Assembly: GCA_963776345.1 (NCBI GenBank)
Contig: CAVZMH010000016.1
Location: forward strand, 160,001-224,000
Origin: an uncultured delta proteobacterium
GTDB lineage: Bacteria > Myxococcota > Myxococcia > Myxococcales > Myxococcaceae
DNA length: 64,000 nt
Direction: 5' to 3'
A program made the position numbers and the translations under genes. The notes beneath the pieces were generated by a model that worked only from the letters and a program-made list of their open reading frames with translations, did not search any database and was not told the DNA's origin. Every line of letters starts with the position of its first letter. Position 1 is the first letter of the stretch. Shown here one piece after another: positions 47,910-57,898 of this stretch.

Positions 47910-49292
47910 ATGAGCACCCGTCGCTTCGGACCGCTGGTCCTCGCCATCGCCCTCCTGCTCGGAGTCGCCGCCGGAGTGGGGGGCGCAGCGCTCGTCATCC
48001 GCCGCCCGGCCCCGCCCGCGCCGGCCGTCGCCAGCGCGCCCCACCACACCACCTACGTCTGCCCGATGCATCCCAGCATCACCTCGGACAAGCCGGGCGA
48101 GTGCCCCATCTGCGGCATGCAGCTGGTGGCCGCGAGCGCCCCCGCCGCCGAGCGCAAGCTCCTCTTCTACCGCTCGCCGATGGACCCGAAGCAGACCTCG
48201 CCCACGCCCAGGAAGGACGAGATGGGCATGGACTACGTCCCGGTCTACTCGGACGAGGTCGGCGGTGGGGCGCCCTCGATCGCCGGCCTGGCCACGGTGG
48301 GCATCGATCCGCAGCGCCAGCAGCTCATCGGGCTCCGCACCGCCCCGGTGGTGGCGGGCCCAGTGGGGGGCAGCTGGCGCACGGTGGGCCGCGTCGCGGT
48401 GGACGAGACGCGGGTGCACCACGTGGCGCTGAAGTTCTCCGGCTTCATCGAGGAGGTCTTCGTCGACTACGTGGGCAAGCAGGTCCACGCCGGCGAGCCG
48501 CTGTTCAGCATCTACAGCCCGGACGTGGTCTCGGCGGAGGACGAGTACCTGCTCGCGCTGCGCACCCGGGCCTCGCTCGGGGCCGGCGCGGCGCAGGCGG
48601 GGGAGGACCTGGTCGCGGCGGCCCGGGACCGGCTGAAGCTCTGGGACATCCCGGAGCAGGAGATCCGGCGGCTGGAGCGCACCGGGAAGGCGCAGCGGAC
48701 CGTCACCCTCTACGCACCGATGAGCGGGGTGGTCACCAAGAAGGACGCGGTGATGGGGCACCGGGTGGTCGAGGGCGACATGCCCTACGAGATCACCGAC
48801 CTGAGCCAGGTCTGGGTGCTGGCCGACGCCTACGAGACCGACCTCGGCCGGGTGAAGCTCGGGACGCCCGCATCGCTCACCCTCCAGGCGTTCCCGGGCA
48901 AGGAGTTCCAGGGAAAGGTCATCTTCATCGACCCCATCATGGACCCCAAGACGCGCACCGCGAAGGTGCGGCTCGCCTTCCCCAACCCCACCGGGGAGCT
49001 GCGGCCGGAGATGTTTGGCGAGGTGACGCTCCGGACGCCGGCGCGCGAGGGGCTCAGCATCCCCAACGACGCGATCATCGACTCGGGGACGCGGAAGGTG
49101 GTCTTCGTCTCGCTCGGGGAAGGAAAGTTCCGGCCGCGCGAGGTGAAGATCGGAGCGAGCGACGGAGAGCGCTCCGAGGTCCTCGAGGGGCTCTCGGCCG
49201 GCGACCAGGTGGTCACCCGGGCCAACTTCCTGGTGGACTCCGAGTCGCGGCTGCGCGCATCGCTCGGCGCGCTCGAGGGTGCGGGCAAGTGA
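47910..49292 (+). CDS. cusB: CusB-like membrane fusion protein with heavy-metal-binding motifs
   Basis: YVCPMHP...PGECPICGM.L; YRSPMDP...KDEMGMDYVPVY; YSPD, DLSQVWV, LRPEMF, FLVDSES. Confidence 0.9.
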   Translation: MSTRRFGPLVLAIALLLGVAAGVGGAALVIRRPAPPAPAVASAPHHTTYVCPMHPSITSDKPGECPICGMQLVAASAPAAERKLLFYRSPMDPKQTSPTPRKDEMGMDYVPVYSDEVGGGAPSIAGLATVGIDPQRQQLIGLRTAPVVAGPVGGSWRTVGRVAVDETRVHHVALKFSGFIEEVFVDYVGKQVHAGEPLFSIYSPDVVSAEDEYLLALRTRASLGAGAAQAGEDLVAAARDRLKLWDIPEQEIRRLERTGKAQRTVTLYAPMSGVVTKKDAVMGHRVVEGDMPYEITDLSQVWVLADAYETDLGRVKLGTPASLTLQAFPGKEFQGKVIFIDPIMDPKTRTAKVRLAFPNPTGELRPEMFGEVTLRTPAREGLSIPNDAIIDSGTRKVVFVSLGEGKFRPREVKIGASDGERSEVLEGLSAGDQVVTRANFLVDSESRLRASLGALEGAGK

Positions 49293-52200
49293 TCCGCCGG
49301 CTGATCCGCTTCTCGGCCGAGCAGCGCTGGGTGGTTCTCACCTGCGCGGTGGTGCTGCTCGCCATCTCCTTCTGGACGATGCGCACCATCCCGCTGGACG
49401 CGCTGCCCGACCTCTCGGACACGCAGGTCATCGTCTACTCGCGGTGGGACCGGAGCCCCGACATCCTCGAGGACCAGGTCACCTACCCCATCACCGCCGC
49501 GCTGCTCGGCACCCCGCGGGTCAAGGCCATCCGCGGCTTCTCCGATTTTGGATACTCGTTCGTCTACGTGATCTTCGAGGACGGGACCGACCCCTACTGG
49601 GCCCGGACCCGGGTGCTCGAGTACCTGTCGAAGATCACCTCGCAGCTCCCGCCGGGGGTGAAGACCGAGCTCGGACCGGACGCGACCAGCGTCGGCTGGG
49701 TCTTCCAGTACGCACTGGTCGACCGGAGCGGGAAGCACAGCTCGGACGAGCTGCGCAGCTTCCAGGACTGGTTCCTCCGCTACGCGCTGCAGGCCGTGCC
49801 CGGAGTGTCCGAGATCGCCACCGTCGGCGGCCAGGTGCGGCAGTACCAGATCACCGTCAACCCGAACGCGCTGGCCTCGTACCGGATCCCGCTGGACGCG
49901 GTCATCCAGGCGGTGCGGCGCGGGAACAACGACGTGGGGGGCCGGCTGGTCGAGATCTCCGGCCGCGAGTACATGGTCCGCGGCCGGGGCTACGTGAAGT
50001 CCACCCACGACCTCGAATCGCTGGTCCTCCGCACCGAGAAGGGCACGCCGATCACCGTGAAGGACGTGGCGCAGGTGACGCTCGGCCCGGAGATGCGGCG
50101 AGGCGTGGCAGACCTCGACGGCCAGGGCGACGTGGTGGGCGGCATCGTGGTCATGCGGCAGGGTGAGAACGCGCTCTCGGTCATCGAGCGGGTCAAGTCC
50201 AAGCTCGCCGAGCTGAAGCCCTCGCTCCCCCCGGGGGTGGAGGTGGTGACGACCTACGACCGGTCCATCCTCATCGACCGGGCGATCGAGACGGTCCGGA
50301 GCAAGCTCATCGAGGAGATCATCATCGTCAGCCTGGTGATCCTGATCTTCCTCTGGCACGTGCCCTCGGCCATCGTGCCCATCATCACCATCCCGGTGTC
50401 GGTGGCGCTGGCCTTCATCCCGATGAAGCTCTTCGGGCTGAACGCCAATCTCATGTCGCTGGCCGGGATCGCCATCTCCATCGGCGTGCTGGTCGATGGG
50501 GCGATCGTCGAGGTGGAGAACGCCTACAACAAGATCCAGCACTGGCAGGCGGCGGGCAGTCCGGGGAGCTTCCACGACGTCCGGCTCGCGGCGCTGATGG
50601 AGGTGGGCCCGAGCGTCTTCTTCTCGCTCCTGGTCATCGCGGTGGCGTTCCTCCCGGTCTTCACCCTGGTCGATCAGGAGGGGCGGCTGTTCCGTCCCCT
50701 CGCCTTCTCCAAGAACTTCGCCATGGCCATCGCCGCGGTGCTGGCGGTGACGGTGGATCCGGCGCTGCGGATGCTCTTCGCCCGGATCGAGCCGTTCCAC
50801 TTCCGGCCGCGCGCCTTGAGCTGGCTTGCCAGCGGACTCCTCGTCGGGACCTACCATCCCGAGCAGCGCCACCCCATCAGCAGGCTGCTCCACCGCGTGT
50901 ACGAGGGGCCCTGCCGATTCGTGCTCCGGCACGCGGGGGCCACCGTCGTGGCCAGCGTCGTGCTCGTCGCGCTCACCGTTCCCGTCTACCTCCGGCTCGG
51001 CTCGGAGTTCATGCCGCCCCTCGACGAGGGGACCATCCTCTACATGCCCTCGGCGGTGCAGCCCGGCATGTCGGTGGCCGAGGCCCAGGCGGCGCTCCAG
51101 CTGCAGAGCAAGCTGCTCCGCACCTTCCCCGAGGTGGAGCGGGTCTTCGGCAAGGCCGGCCGGGCGACCACCTCCACCGACCCCGCGCCGCTGTCGATGA
51201 TGGAGACCACGGTGACGCTCAAGCCACGCTCGCAGTGGCGGGAGGCGCCGCGCTGGTACTCGGGCTGGGCGCCCGGCTGGCTGAAGGCGCTGTTCCGGCC
51301 CATCTGGGACGACCGGATCAGCGAGGCCGAGCTGCGCGCCGAGATGGACGCCGCGCTCCGGCTCCCCGGCATCTCCAACGCCTGGACCATGCCCATCAAG
51401 GGGCGGCTGGACATGCTCTCCACCGGCATCCGGACCCCGATCGGGATCAAGATCTCCGGCGCCAACCTGGAGGAGATCCAGAAGGTCGCGGTGGCCACCG
51501 AGGCGGCTCTCTCCAAGGTTTCGGGGACGCGAAGCGTCTATGCCGAACGCGTGTCCGAGGGCTTCTTCCTCGACTTCGTCCTCAAGCGCGACCGCCTCGC
51601 CCGCTACGGGCTCAGCATCGACGACGCCAACGCCATGGTGCTCACCGCGGTGGGCGGCGAGGAGCAGGGCGTCACCGTGGAGGGGCGCGAGCGGTACGGC
51701 ATCAACGTCCGGTACGCGCGCGACTACCGCGAGGACCTCTCGGCACTGCGCCGGGTGCTTCTCCCGCTGCCGCAGGGCGGGCAGATCCCGATGGAGGAGA
51801 TCGCCGACGTGGGGCTGGTCCAGGGCCCGTCGATGATCCGCAACGAGAACGGGCTGCTCGCCGGCTACGTCTACGTGGACTTCGACACCTCGAAGGTGGA
51901 CATCGGCAGCTACGTGGATCGGGCGAAGGAGGCGGTGGCCGCCGCGGTGCAAGTCCCGCCCGGATACTCGATGTCCTGGAGCGGCCAGTACGAGAACATG
52001 CTCCGGGTCCGCGAGCGGCTGAAGTTCATCGTCCCGGTGACACTGTTCCTCATCTTCGGGCTGCTGTACGTGAACACGCGCTCGGGGGTGAAGGCGGGCA
52101 TCGTGCTGCTCGCGGTCCCGTTCTCGGCCATCGGCGCGGTGTGGCTGCTCTGGATGCTCGGGTACAACGTGTCGATCGCGGTCTGGGTGGGGATGATCGC

Positions 52201-52591
52201 CCTGATGGGCCTCGACGCCGAGACCGGGGTCTTCATGCTCCTCTTCCTCGACCTCGCGCACGACGAGGCGCACGCCGCCGGGAGGCTCAAGACCCGCGGC
52301 GACCTGGTGGAGGCCATCGTCCACGGCGCGGTGAAGCGCGTGCGCCCCAAGGCGATGACCGTGGCCGCGGCGTTCATGGGCCTGTTGCCCATCCTCTGGG
52401 CGACCGGGACCGGCGCGGACGTCATGAAGCGGATCGCCGCGCCGATGGTCGGCGGGCTGGTGACGTCCTTCATCCTCGAGCTGCTGGTCTACCCGGCGGT
52501 GTACTTCCTGTGGAAAGGCCGCGGGCTGGCCGATGGTCCGGCCACCGCGCCCGAGCCCAGGCCAGGTGAGTTCTCGCCCGCCCTCGCCTGA
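49289..52591 (+). CDS. cusA: CusA/SilA-type Cu+/Ag+ RND efflux pump
   Basis: LDALPDLSDTQVI, LGPDATSVGWVFQY, GSEFMP, DPAPLSMMET, WTMPIKGRLDML, GAVKRVRPK.MT; GTGA overlap with cusB. Confidence 0.95.
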   Translation: MIRRLIRFSAEQRWVVLTCAVVLLAISFWTMRTIPLDALPDLSDTQVIVYSRWDRSPDILEDQVTYPITAALLGTPRVKAIRGFSDFGYSFVYVIFEDGTDPYWARTRVLEYLSKITSQLPPGVKTELGPDATSVGWVFQYALVDRSGKHSSDELRSFQDWFLRYALQAVPGVSEIATVGGQVRQYQITVNPNALASYRIPLDAVIQAVRRGNNDVGGRLVEISGREYMVRGRGYVKSTHDLESLVLRTEKGTPITVKDVAQVTLGPEMRRGVADLDGQGDVVGGIVVMRQGENALSVIERVKSKLAELKPSLPPGVEVVTTYDRSILIDRAIETVRSKLIEEIIIVSLVILIFLWHVPSAIVPIITIPVSVALAFIPMKLFGLNANLMSLAGIAISIGVLVDGAIVEVENAYNKIQHWQAAGSPGSFHDVRLAALMEVGPSVFFSLLVIAVAFLPVFTLVDQEGRLFRPLAFSKNFAMAIAAVLAVTVDPALRMLFARIEPFHFRPRALSWLASGLLVGTYHPEQRHPISRLLHRVYEGPCRFVLRHAGATVVASVVLVALTVPVYLRLGSEFMPPLDEGTILYMPSAVQPGMSVAEAQAALQLQSKLLRTFPEVERVFGKAGRATTSTDPAPLSMMETTVTLKPRSQWREAPRWYSGWAPGWLKALFRPIWDDRISEAELRAEMDAALRLPGISNAWTMPIKGRLDMLSTGIRTPIGIKISGANLEEIQKVAVATEAALSKVSGTRSVYAERVSEGFFLDFVLKRDRLARYGLSIDDANAMVLTAVGGEEQGVTVEGRERYGINVRYARDYREDLSALRRVLLPLPQGGQIPMEEIADVGLVQGPSMIRNENGLLAGYVYVDFDTSKVDIGSYVDRAKEAVAAAVQVPPGYSMSWSGQYENMLRVRERLKFIVPVTLFLIFGLLYVNTRSGVKAGIVLLAVPFSAIGAVWLLWMLGYNVSIAVWVGMIALMGLDAETGVFMLLFLDLAHDEAHAAGRLKTRGDLVEAIVHGAVKRVRPKAMTVAAAFMGLLPILWATGTGADVMKRIAAPMVGGLVTSFILELLVYPAVYFLWKGRGLADGPATAPEPRPGEFSPALA

Positions 52592-52670
52592 TCGGTCGGG
52601 CTCCCCTCCGGTCAGCGGTTCTGTCTATGCTCCGGGGCTCAGGTCGAACCCACCCGGGAGGGTCTCAGGG

Positions 52671-52823
52671 ATGCACTTCAAGAAGCTGTTCCAGGTGCTG
52701 GTGCTCGGTGGCGCGGTGGTGGGAGCCGGCGCCGGATGCTCCCAGGCGAACGCCCAGGACAAGGGAAAGCAGCCAGCCGTGGACGCGGGGACCGAGTCCG
52801 GGGGCGGGGTCAAGGGCTGGTGA
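52671..52823 (+). CDS. 50-aa peptide with signal/lipobox-like N-terminus and C-terminal GGGVKGW
   Basis: MHFKKLFQVLVLGGAVVGAGAGCSQANAQDKGKQPAVDAGTESGGGVKGW; GGGAGG SD; stop overlaps the next start (GTGA). Confidence 0.78.
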   Translation: MHFKKLFQVLVLGGAVVGAGAGCSQANAQDKGKQPAVDAGTESGGGVKGW

Positions 52824-53524
52824 CCTCCGCCCGTCGCGCGGCGGCGGCGGCCTGGGCCTTCCGCGCGCGGGTGGAGCAAGAGGCGGCGCTGCGGTTCGAC
52901 CGGCTGGCGGCCACCGTCGCCAGCTTCGATGCCGACTCGCCCGTGCCGGCGATGATGCGCCGGGCCGCGGACGACGAGCGCCGGCATACTCAGCTGTGCG
53001 CGCGCCTCGCGGGGAGCCTCGGGAGTCCGGTGGCGCTCGAGCCGATGGAGCTCCCGGCCATCGCGCCGCGGTCACTCGATACGCGGAAGGCGGCGCTGTA
53101 CGAGGTCGTCGCCGCCTGCTGCATCACCGAGACCGAGAGCATGTCGGTGCTCACCACCCTCCTCGCCGGTGAGCCGGACCCGGAGGTGCGCGAGGTGCTG
53201 CACGCCATCTCCCGCGACGAGGTGGTCCACTCGCGGATGGGCTGGGCGCACCTGGCGCGCGAGGCGAGCACCGCCGAGGTGGCGTTCCTCGGCCCGCTGG
53301 TGCCCGGGATGCTCGCCGGGACGGTCGACGAGGGGCTCTTCGGGGCCCCGCCGGCGGACGAGGACCCCGAGGGGCTGCTCCGGCTCGGCGTTCTCCCGCT
53401 CGCGAAGAAGCGCGAGGTGTTCCTCGGAACGCTGGAGCAGGTCGTCTTCCCCGGGCTCGAGAAGTTCGGCGTGAACCCCGAGCCCGCCCGGCAGTGGCTC
53501 GCCCACGCCGCCGGGCTGAGCTGA
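52820..53524 (+). CDS. Ferritin-like di-iron carboxylate protein
   Basis: E(VEQE)...DERRH...E(ITETES)...DEVVH ligand pattern; no signal peptide. Confidence 0.85.
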   Translation: MTSARRAAAAAWAFRARVEQEAALRFDRLAATVASFDADSPVPAMMRRAADDERRHTQLCARLAGSLGSPVALEPMELPAIAPRSLDTRKAALYEVVAACCITETESMSVLTTLLAGEPDPEVREVLHAISRDEVVHSRMGWAHLAREASTAEVAFLGPLVPGMLAGTVDEGLFGAPPADEDPEGLLRLGVLPLAKKREVFLGTLEQVVFPGLEKFGVNPEPARQWLAHAAGLS

Positions 53525-53623
53525 ACGAGGTTCCGCGCGGTGAGGCGCACCCCGGCACACCGGCGACGAGCCCGAGGGCAGCGGAGAGGAGGCCCGGGAG
53601 GAGCGCCCGGGGCCCTGCCTCCA

Positions 53624-53745
53624 GCGCTCGAGATGCTATAGCACGCAAGCCCATACGGGCAGCGAACATCGAACCATGCTTCGCGTGGTTGCGCGTCGCC
53701 GACTCGCACTGTGAGTAGGCGAAATTGCTATAGCATCTTGAGCGC
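53624..53745. repeat. 122-bp intergenic dyad element, copy 2
   Basis: GCGCTCGAGATGCTATAGCA (53624-53643) / TGCTATAGCATCTTGAGCGC (53726-53745), 19/20 inverted match; same length as copy 1. Confidence 0.85.
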
Positions 53746-53820
53746 CAGAGCCGGTCGCCTCCGCGGGGGGCTCGAGCGCCGCACCGACGGACGTCGACTC
53801 TCGTGAGCGGGCTGATCCCA

Positions 53821-55464
53821 TCAGAGCGCGGGAAGCGCCGCGCTTGCCGCGAACGTCGGAGGCTTCCGGGCGTGGGTGGCCTGCTCGTAAGCGTACGCGA
53901 GCGCGAGGAGCCGCGACTCGCTCCACGCCCGCCCGAAGAAGCTCAGGCCCACGGGCAGTCCGCGCACCTGTCCCATCGGCACGGTCACGTGCGGATAGCC
54001 GGCCACCGCCGCGGCGGTGCTGCATCCCCCGGACGAGTAGTCGCCGTTCACCCAGTCGATGAGCCACGCCGGGCCCTGCGTCGGCGCCACCAGCGCATCG
54101 AGCTTGTGCTTGTCCATGACCGCGTCGATGCCCTCCTTGCGCGCGAGCCGGATGCACGCCTCCCGCGCCTTCCGGTACGCCGGGGTGGTCAGCGGCCCTT
54201 TCTTCTCCGCGTCGAAGAAGAGCTCCTGGCCGAACAGCGGCATCTCGGCGTCCGCGTGGGCCTGGTTCCACTCGATGAGCGCCTTCATCGTCCTCGGACC
54301 GGGTCCACCGAGCTTCGACAGGTACGCCTCGAGGTCGGCCTTGAACTCGTAGAGCAGCACCTCCATCTCGGGCTCGTCGATCTTCGCCGCGGTGGCGATC
54401 GGCGCCGGGTCGACGATGATCGCTCCCTCCGACTTCAGGAGCTTGATCGCCTCCTCCGCCAGCGCGTCGGTCGCCGGGTGGTAGCCGAAGTACTTCGGCC
54501 TGGGGACGCCGATCCGCGCCCCCTTGAGCGCGCCCCTGTCCAGCGCCGCCGTGTACCGGACGTCGAACCGCGCCCCCTTCGCGCCCGTGGCCGGGTCGCT
54601 GGGATCCCGCCCGGCGAGCACCTCGAGGAGCAGCGCCGCGTCGCGCACGGTCCGGGCCATCGGGCCGGCGGTGTCCTGGCTGTGGGAGATGGGGACGATG
54701 CCGCTCCGGCTCACCAGCCCCACCGTCGGCTTCACCCCCACCAGCGCCGACGCGGCCGACGGCGAGACGATGGACCCGTCGGTCTCGGTGCCGACCGCGA
54801 CCGCGCACAGGTTCGAGGCCACGGCCACGCCCGACCCGGAGCTCGAGCCGGACGGGCTCCTGTCCAGCGCGTAGGGGTTCCGGCACTGGCCTCCCCGGCC
54901 GCTCCAGCCGCTGGACGAGTGGGTGGAGCGGAAGTTCGCCCACTCGCTGAGCTGGGTCTTCCCGAGGAGCACCGCTCCGGCCTCGCGCAGCCGCCCGACG
55001 AGGAACGCATCCGCCGGCACCGTCGCCTCCATCAGGGCCAGCGACCCGGCCGTGGTGTGCATCCGGTCCTTGGTGGCGATGTTGTCCTTGAGCAGCACCG
55101 GGACGCCGTGCAGCGGGCCCCGCACCTTCCCCGCCTTCCGCTCCCGGTCCAGCGCGTCAGCCTGGGCGAGCGCGTCCGGGTTGGTCTCCAGCACCGAGCG
55201 GAGCCGGCCGTCCCGCTGGGCGATGCGGTCCAGGGACTTCTGGGTGATGGAGCGGCTGGTCTCCTCCCCGCTCGCCATGCGCGCCTGGAGGTCGTCGAGG
55301 GTCGCCTCGTCGAGCGACGAGCCGGCGCCGGCGTCCGGCTGGCCGGCCGGGGCCGCGGAGACGCCGTCGCGCCCGAGGAGCGCGGCACCGGCGACGCCGA
55401 GCTGCAACAGCCGCCGCCTCGACAGGTCCTCGAGCAGACCCGGGCCCTTGACCTTCCGCTGCAT
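53821..55464 (-). CDS. Amidase-signature family enzyme with Tat signal
   Basis: SRRRLL Tat motif; GPLHGVPVLLKDNI, PSGSSSGS, GTETDGSI, QDTAGPM. Confidence 0.95.
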   Translation of the reverse strand: MQRKVKGPGLLEDLSRRRLLQLGVAGAALLGRDGVSAAPAGQPDAGAGSSLDEATLDDLQARMASGEETSRSITQKSLDRIAQRDGRLRSVLETNPDALAQADALDRERKAGKVRGPLHGVPVLLKDNIATKDRMHTTAGSLALMEATVPADAFLVGRLREAGAVLLGKTQLSEWANFRSTHSSSGWSGRGGQCRNPYALDRSPSGSSSGSGVAVASNLCAVAVGTETDGSIVSPSAASALVGVKPTVGLVSRSGIVPISHSQDTAGPMARTVRDAALLLEVLAGRDPSDPATGAKGARFDVRYTAALDRGALKGARIGVPRPKYFGYHPATDALAEEAIKLLKSEGAIIVDPAPIATAAKIDEPEMEVLLYEFKADLEAYLSKLGGPGPRTMKALIEWNQAHADAEMPLFGQELFFDAEKKGPLTTPAYRKAREACIRLARKEGIDAVMDKHKLDALVAPTQGPAWLIDWVNGDYSSGGCSTAAAVAGYPHVTVPMGQVRGLPVGLSFFGRAWSESRLLALAYAYEQATHARKPPTFAASAALPAL

Positions 55465-55560
55465 GCGTCCCTCCTCGAGGTGGCGTGGGCCGCCGAGACT
55501 GTCACCGGGAGGCGGGGCGCGGCCAGCGCTGCGTTCAGCCATTCGCGCAAGGCGCGCTTC

Positions 55561-55890
55561 TTGAAGCGTTTGCTGGCCATGCTGGTCTGTCTCGCCGTGG
55601 CCGCGACGGTGCTCGCCTCTCCACCCCCGATGGTGATGGCGAGCCAGCTGCCGAAGGGGGCGGTCTTCCTGGTCATCGGACCCGGCGACACCCCTGCCGC
55701 GCCGGCGCTGCCCTCACCGTCCGCGCGGGTGGAGTCCCGGCCGGGAGCGTTTCTGTGGGGCTTCCTGGATCAGTTTGCGGTGGTGAAGCCACACCGCTCC
55801 GGCCGCGACGAGCCGCCGACGCTGCAGATGTTCGTCCTGGTCGCCCCGATGAAGGGCCAGGTCGGCGTCCACGCAGTCGGAAGTTTCTGA
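55561..55890 (+). CDS. Small secreted hypothetical protein
   Basis: Signal-peptide-like MKRLLAMLVCLAVAATVLA; fills the intergenic gap; start TTG 55561 or ATG 55579. Confidence 0.5.
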   Translation: MKRLLAMLVCLAVAATVLASPPPMVMASQLPKGAVFLVIGPGDTPAAPALPSPSARVESRPGAFLWGFLDQFAVVKPHRSGRDEPPTLQMFVLVAPMKGQVGVHAVGSF

Positions 55891-55916
55891 GCGGAGCGGC
55901 CGGCGCGGGCGTCCGG

Positions 55917-56516
55917 TCAGCCGCCCACGTTGCGCAGCGAACGCCCGGTGAAGGTCCCCTCGATGCTGGCGACGTAGTCCCGCGCGACGACGTCGGCGCG
56001 GGTTCCACCCTTCGGGTCCATCCCCATCGCCTCGAGCGTCTCGGAGACCCAGCCCGGACAGCAGTCGTTGATGCGGATGCCGCGCGGCAGCTCGAGCGCC
56101 GCGGCGCGCACGAACCCGATGAGCCCTCCATTCACCAGCGCCAGGACGCCGCTCCCCGGGCTCGGACGCTCGAAGAGGATGCCGGTGGTCAAGGTGAACG
56201 AGCCCTGGTCGTTGACCTGGTCCACGCCGTACCGGACGAGGTTCACCTGCCCCATCAGCTTGCTGGAGAGGGTGAAGCGGAAGTCCTCGTCGGTGAGCTG
56301 GGCGAGCGGGGCGAACTTTCCCTCGCCCGCGGCCGAGACCACCGCGTCCACCCGTCCGGCGCTCCGGTACATCCGCCGGATCGACTCGGCGTCGGTCAGG
56401 TCGACCTTCACCTCGCTCTTGCTCCGGCTGGCCCGGATCACCTCGTGTCTCGGGGCCAGCGCCCGGACGATGGCCTGGCCGATGGTTCCGTTCGCACCGA
56501 CGACGAGCACCCGCAT
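55917..56516 (-). CDS. Short-chain dehydrogenase (short atypical type)
   Basis: VLVVGANGTIG, DAVVSAAG, SKLMGQVNLV, GSFTLTTG, ELPRGIRIN...PGWV.E. Confidence 0.92.
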   Translation of the reverse strand: MRVLVVGANGTIGQAIVRALAPRHEVIRASRSKSEVKVDLTDAESIRRMYRSAGRVDAVVSAAGEGKFAPLAQLTDEDFRFTLSSKLMGQVNLVRYGVDQVNDQGSFTLTTGILFERPSPGSGVLALVNGGLIGFVRAAALELPRGIRINDCCPGWVSETLEAMGMDPKGGTRADVVARDYVASIEGTFTGRSLRNVGG

Positions 56517-56596
56517 GAGGACTCCTCCCTGCGCGGGGCTCCTACCACCGCTCCCGGGCGAGAGCGACGGGACGCTCGGCGCCGCTGTCGGGCATC

Positions 56597-57748
56597 TCAC
56601 CTCGAGGCGTTCGCCGACGCGGGCGCGGTGACGCCGGGCCGGGTGCCCTCGACCACCACCCAGATCGTCGGCAGCCCCGCCGCCCCGGGGTTGAGCGAGT
56701 GCCATCCGTCCGGGACCTCCGGAGGGGCCCAGCGAAAGAGCCACTCGCCGTCGGCGAGCGAGACGTTCACGCAGCCGTGCGACACCGGGACGCCGAACCG
56801 GTCGTGCCAGACGGCGGCGTGCAGCGCGACGTCGTGGCCGAACCAGAGGACGTCCGGCACCTCCTCGACGAGGTACCGCACCCGGTGCCCATGCATCCGC
56901 GCGTGACGGACCTTGAGCCAGACCCGGAACACGCCGGTCGGAGTCTCCCAGTCCCGCTTCCCGGTGGAGACCAGCGTCGCGAAGACCAGCCGGTCTCCCT
57001 CGTACGCGGTCAGGGTCTGCTCGTCCGTGTCGACGTGGACCCAGCGCTCCGCGGGCCCGATGTCCGGAGGTCGAGGGCGCGCCCACGCCAGCCGCACCGC
57101 GCTCCGGGGGAGCGACCCCGCGGTGGTGAGGACCCTCTTGCCGACCTCGAGCACCTCGAGCGCGGTCCCGCGCGGGAGGACTGCGGGCCGCTCGCCGCTG
57201 GCCGCGGAGAGCGTCACCTGCCGCAGCAGGAAGGCCAGCCGCGGGGGCGGATCGGCCACGCCCTGGAAGGGGCTGGCCTCGATCGCCTTCACCGCGCTCC
57301 GGAGGATGAACTCTCCCCGGGGCGTCTCCAGCCAGTCACCGGCGTCGGTGGGCTCGTCGCGCACCGCGAGGATGTGCCCACGCCGGGCGCGCTCCAGCAC
57401 CTTGGCCTCCGGGTCCGGCGCGCCGCGGAGCTCGGTGAACCGGGCCCGCACGCGGACGTAGCGGAACGGGCCAGCGAGCGGGTCACCTTCCTCGGGAAGC
57501 GTGAAGCCGAGCAGACGGGTCCGCACCGCGCCGAAGGGCCGGAGGCGCGTCCATCCGGAGCCGTCCGGCTCGCTCGACTCGACCTCCACCCGAGCGCCCC
57601 GCTCGAGCTCTCCGATGACCGGGGTGTGGGTTCCGGGGCCCAGGCGCACGTTGGCTTGCTCTGCCTGCACCCAGGCGTCGTCCCCGAGGGCGCTGCGCGC
57701 GAGCACGAGCGTGGCAAGCAGGGCGAGACGTGGCCCGACGAGGTCCAA
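56597..57748 (-). CDS. L,D-transpeptidase (YkuD) with N-terminal SH3-like domains
   Basis: ANVRLGPGT SH3b; VSTGK...TP.G.F; ALH.AVWHDRFG..VSHGCVN. Confidence 0.93.
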   Translation of the reverse strand: MDLVGPRLALLATLVLARSALGDDAWVQAEQANVRLGPGTHTPVIGELERGARVEVESSEPDGSGWTRLRPFGAVRTRLLGFTLPEEGDPLAGPFRYVRVRARFTELRGAPDPEAKVLERARRGHILAVRDEPTDAGDWLETPRGEFILRSAVKAIEASPFQGVADPPPRLAFLLRQVTLSAASGERPAVLPRGTALEVLEVGKRVLTTAGSLPRSAVRLAWARPRPPDIGPAERWVHVDTDEQTLTAYEGDRLVFATLVSTGKRDWETPTGVFRVWLKVRHARMHGHRVRYLVEEVPDVLWFGHDVALHAAVWHDRFGVPVSHGCVNVSLADGEWLFRWAPPEVPDGWHSLNPGAAGLPTIWVVVEGTRPGVTAPASANASR

Positions 57749-57898
57749 GACCCCTCCAGGAGCATCAAGCGCCGTGCCATCGGTTCCCCGGGCCGGGACG
57801 GCCCGAGCCGCGCAAGCGCTGCGCGGGGAGGCTGCCGGTCGCGCGCCCTGCGCCCCCGGGAGTCACCGCTCCTCCCGTGCGCTCGGCGTCCGCCGGGC

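Noticed and set aside
48830..52324. 1164-aa minus-strand ORF (likewise 4026..6161, 27359..29206, 30622..32826, 33319..35775)
   Set aside because: Antisense to cusA, thrS, the kinase and kdp genes; no recognisable motifs.
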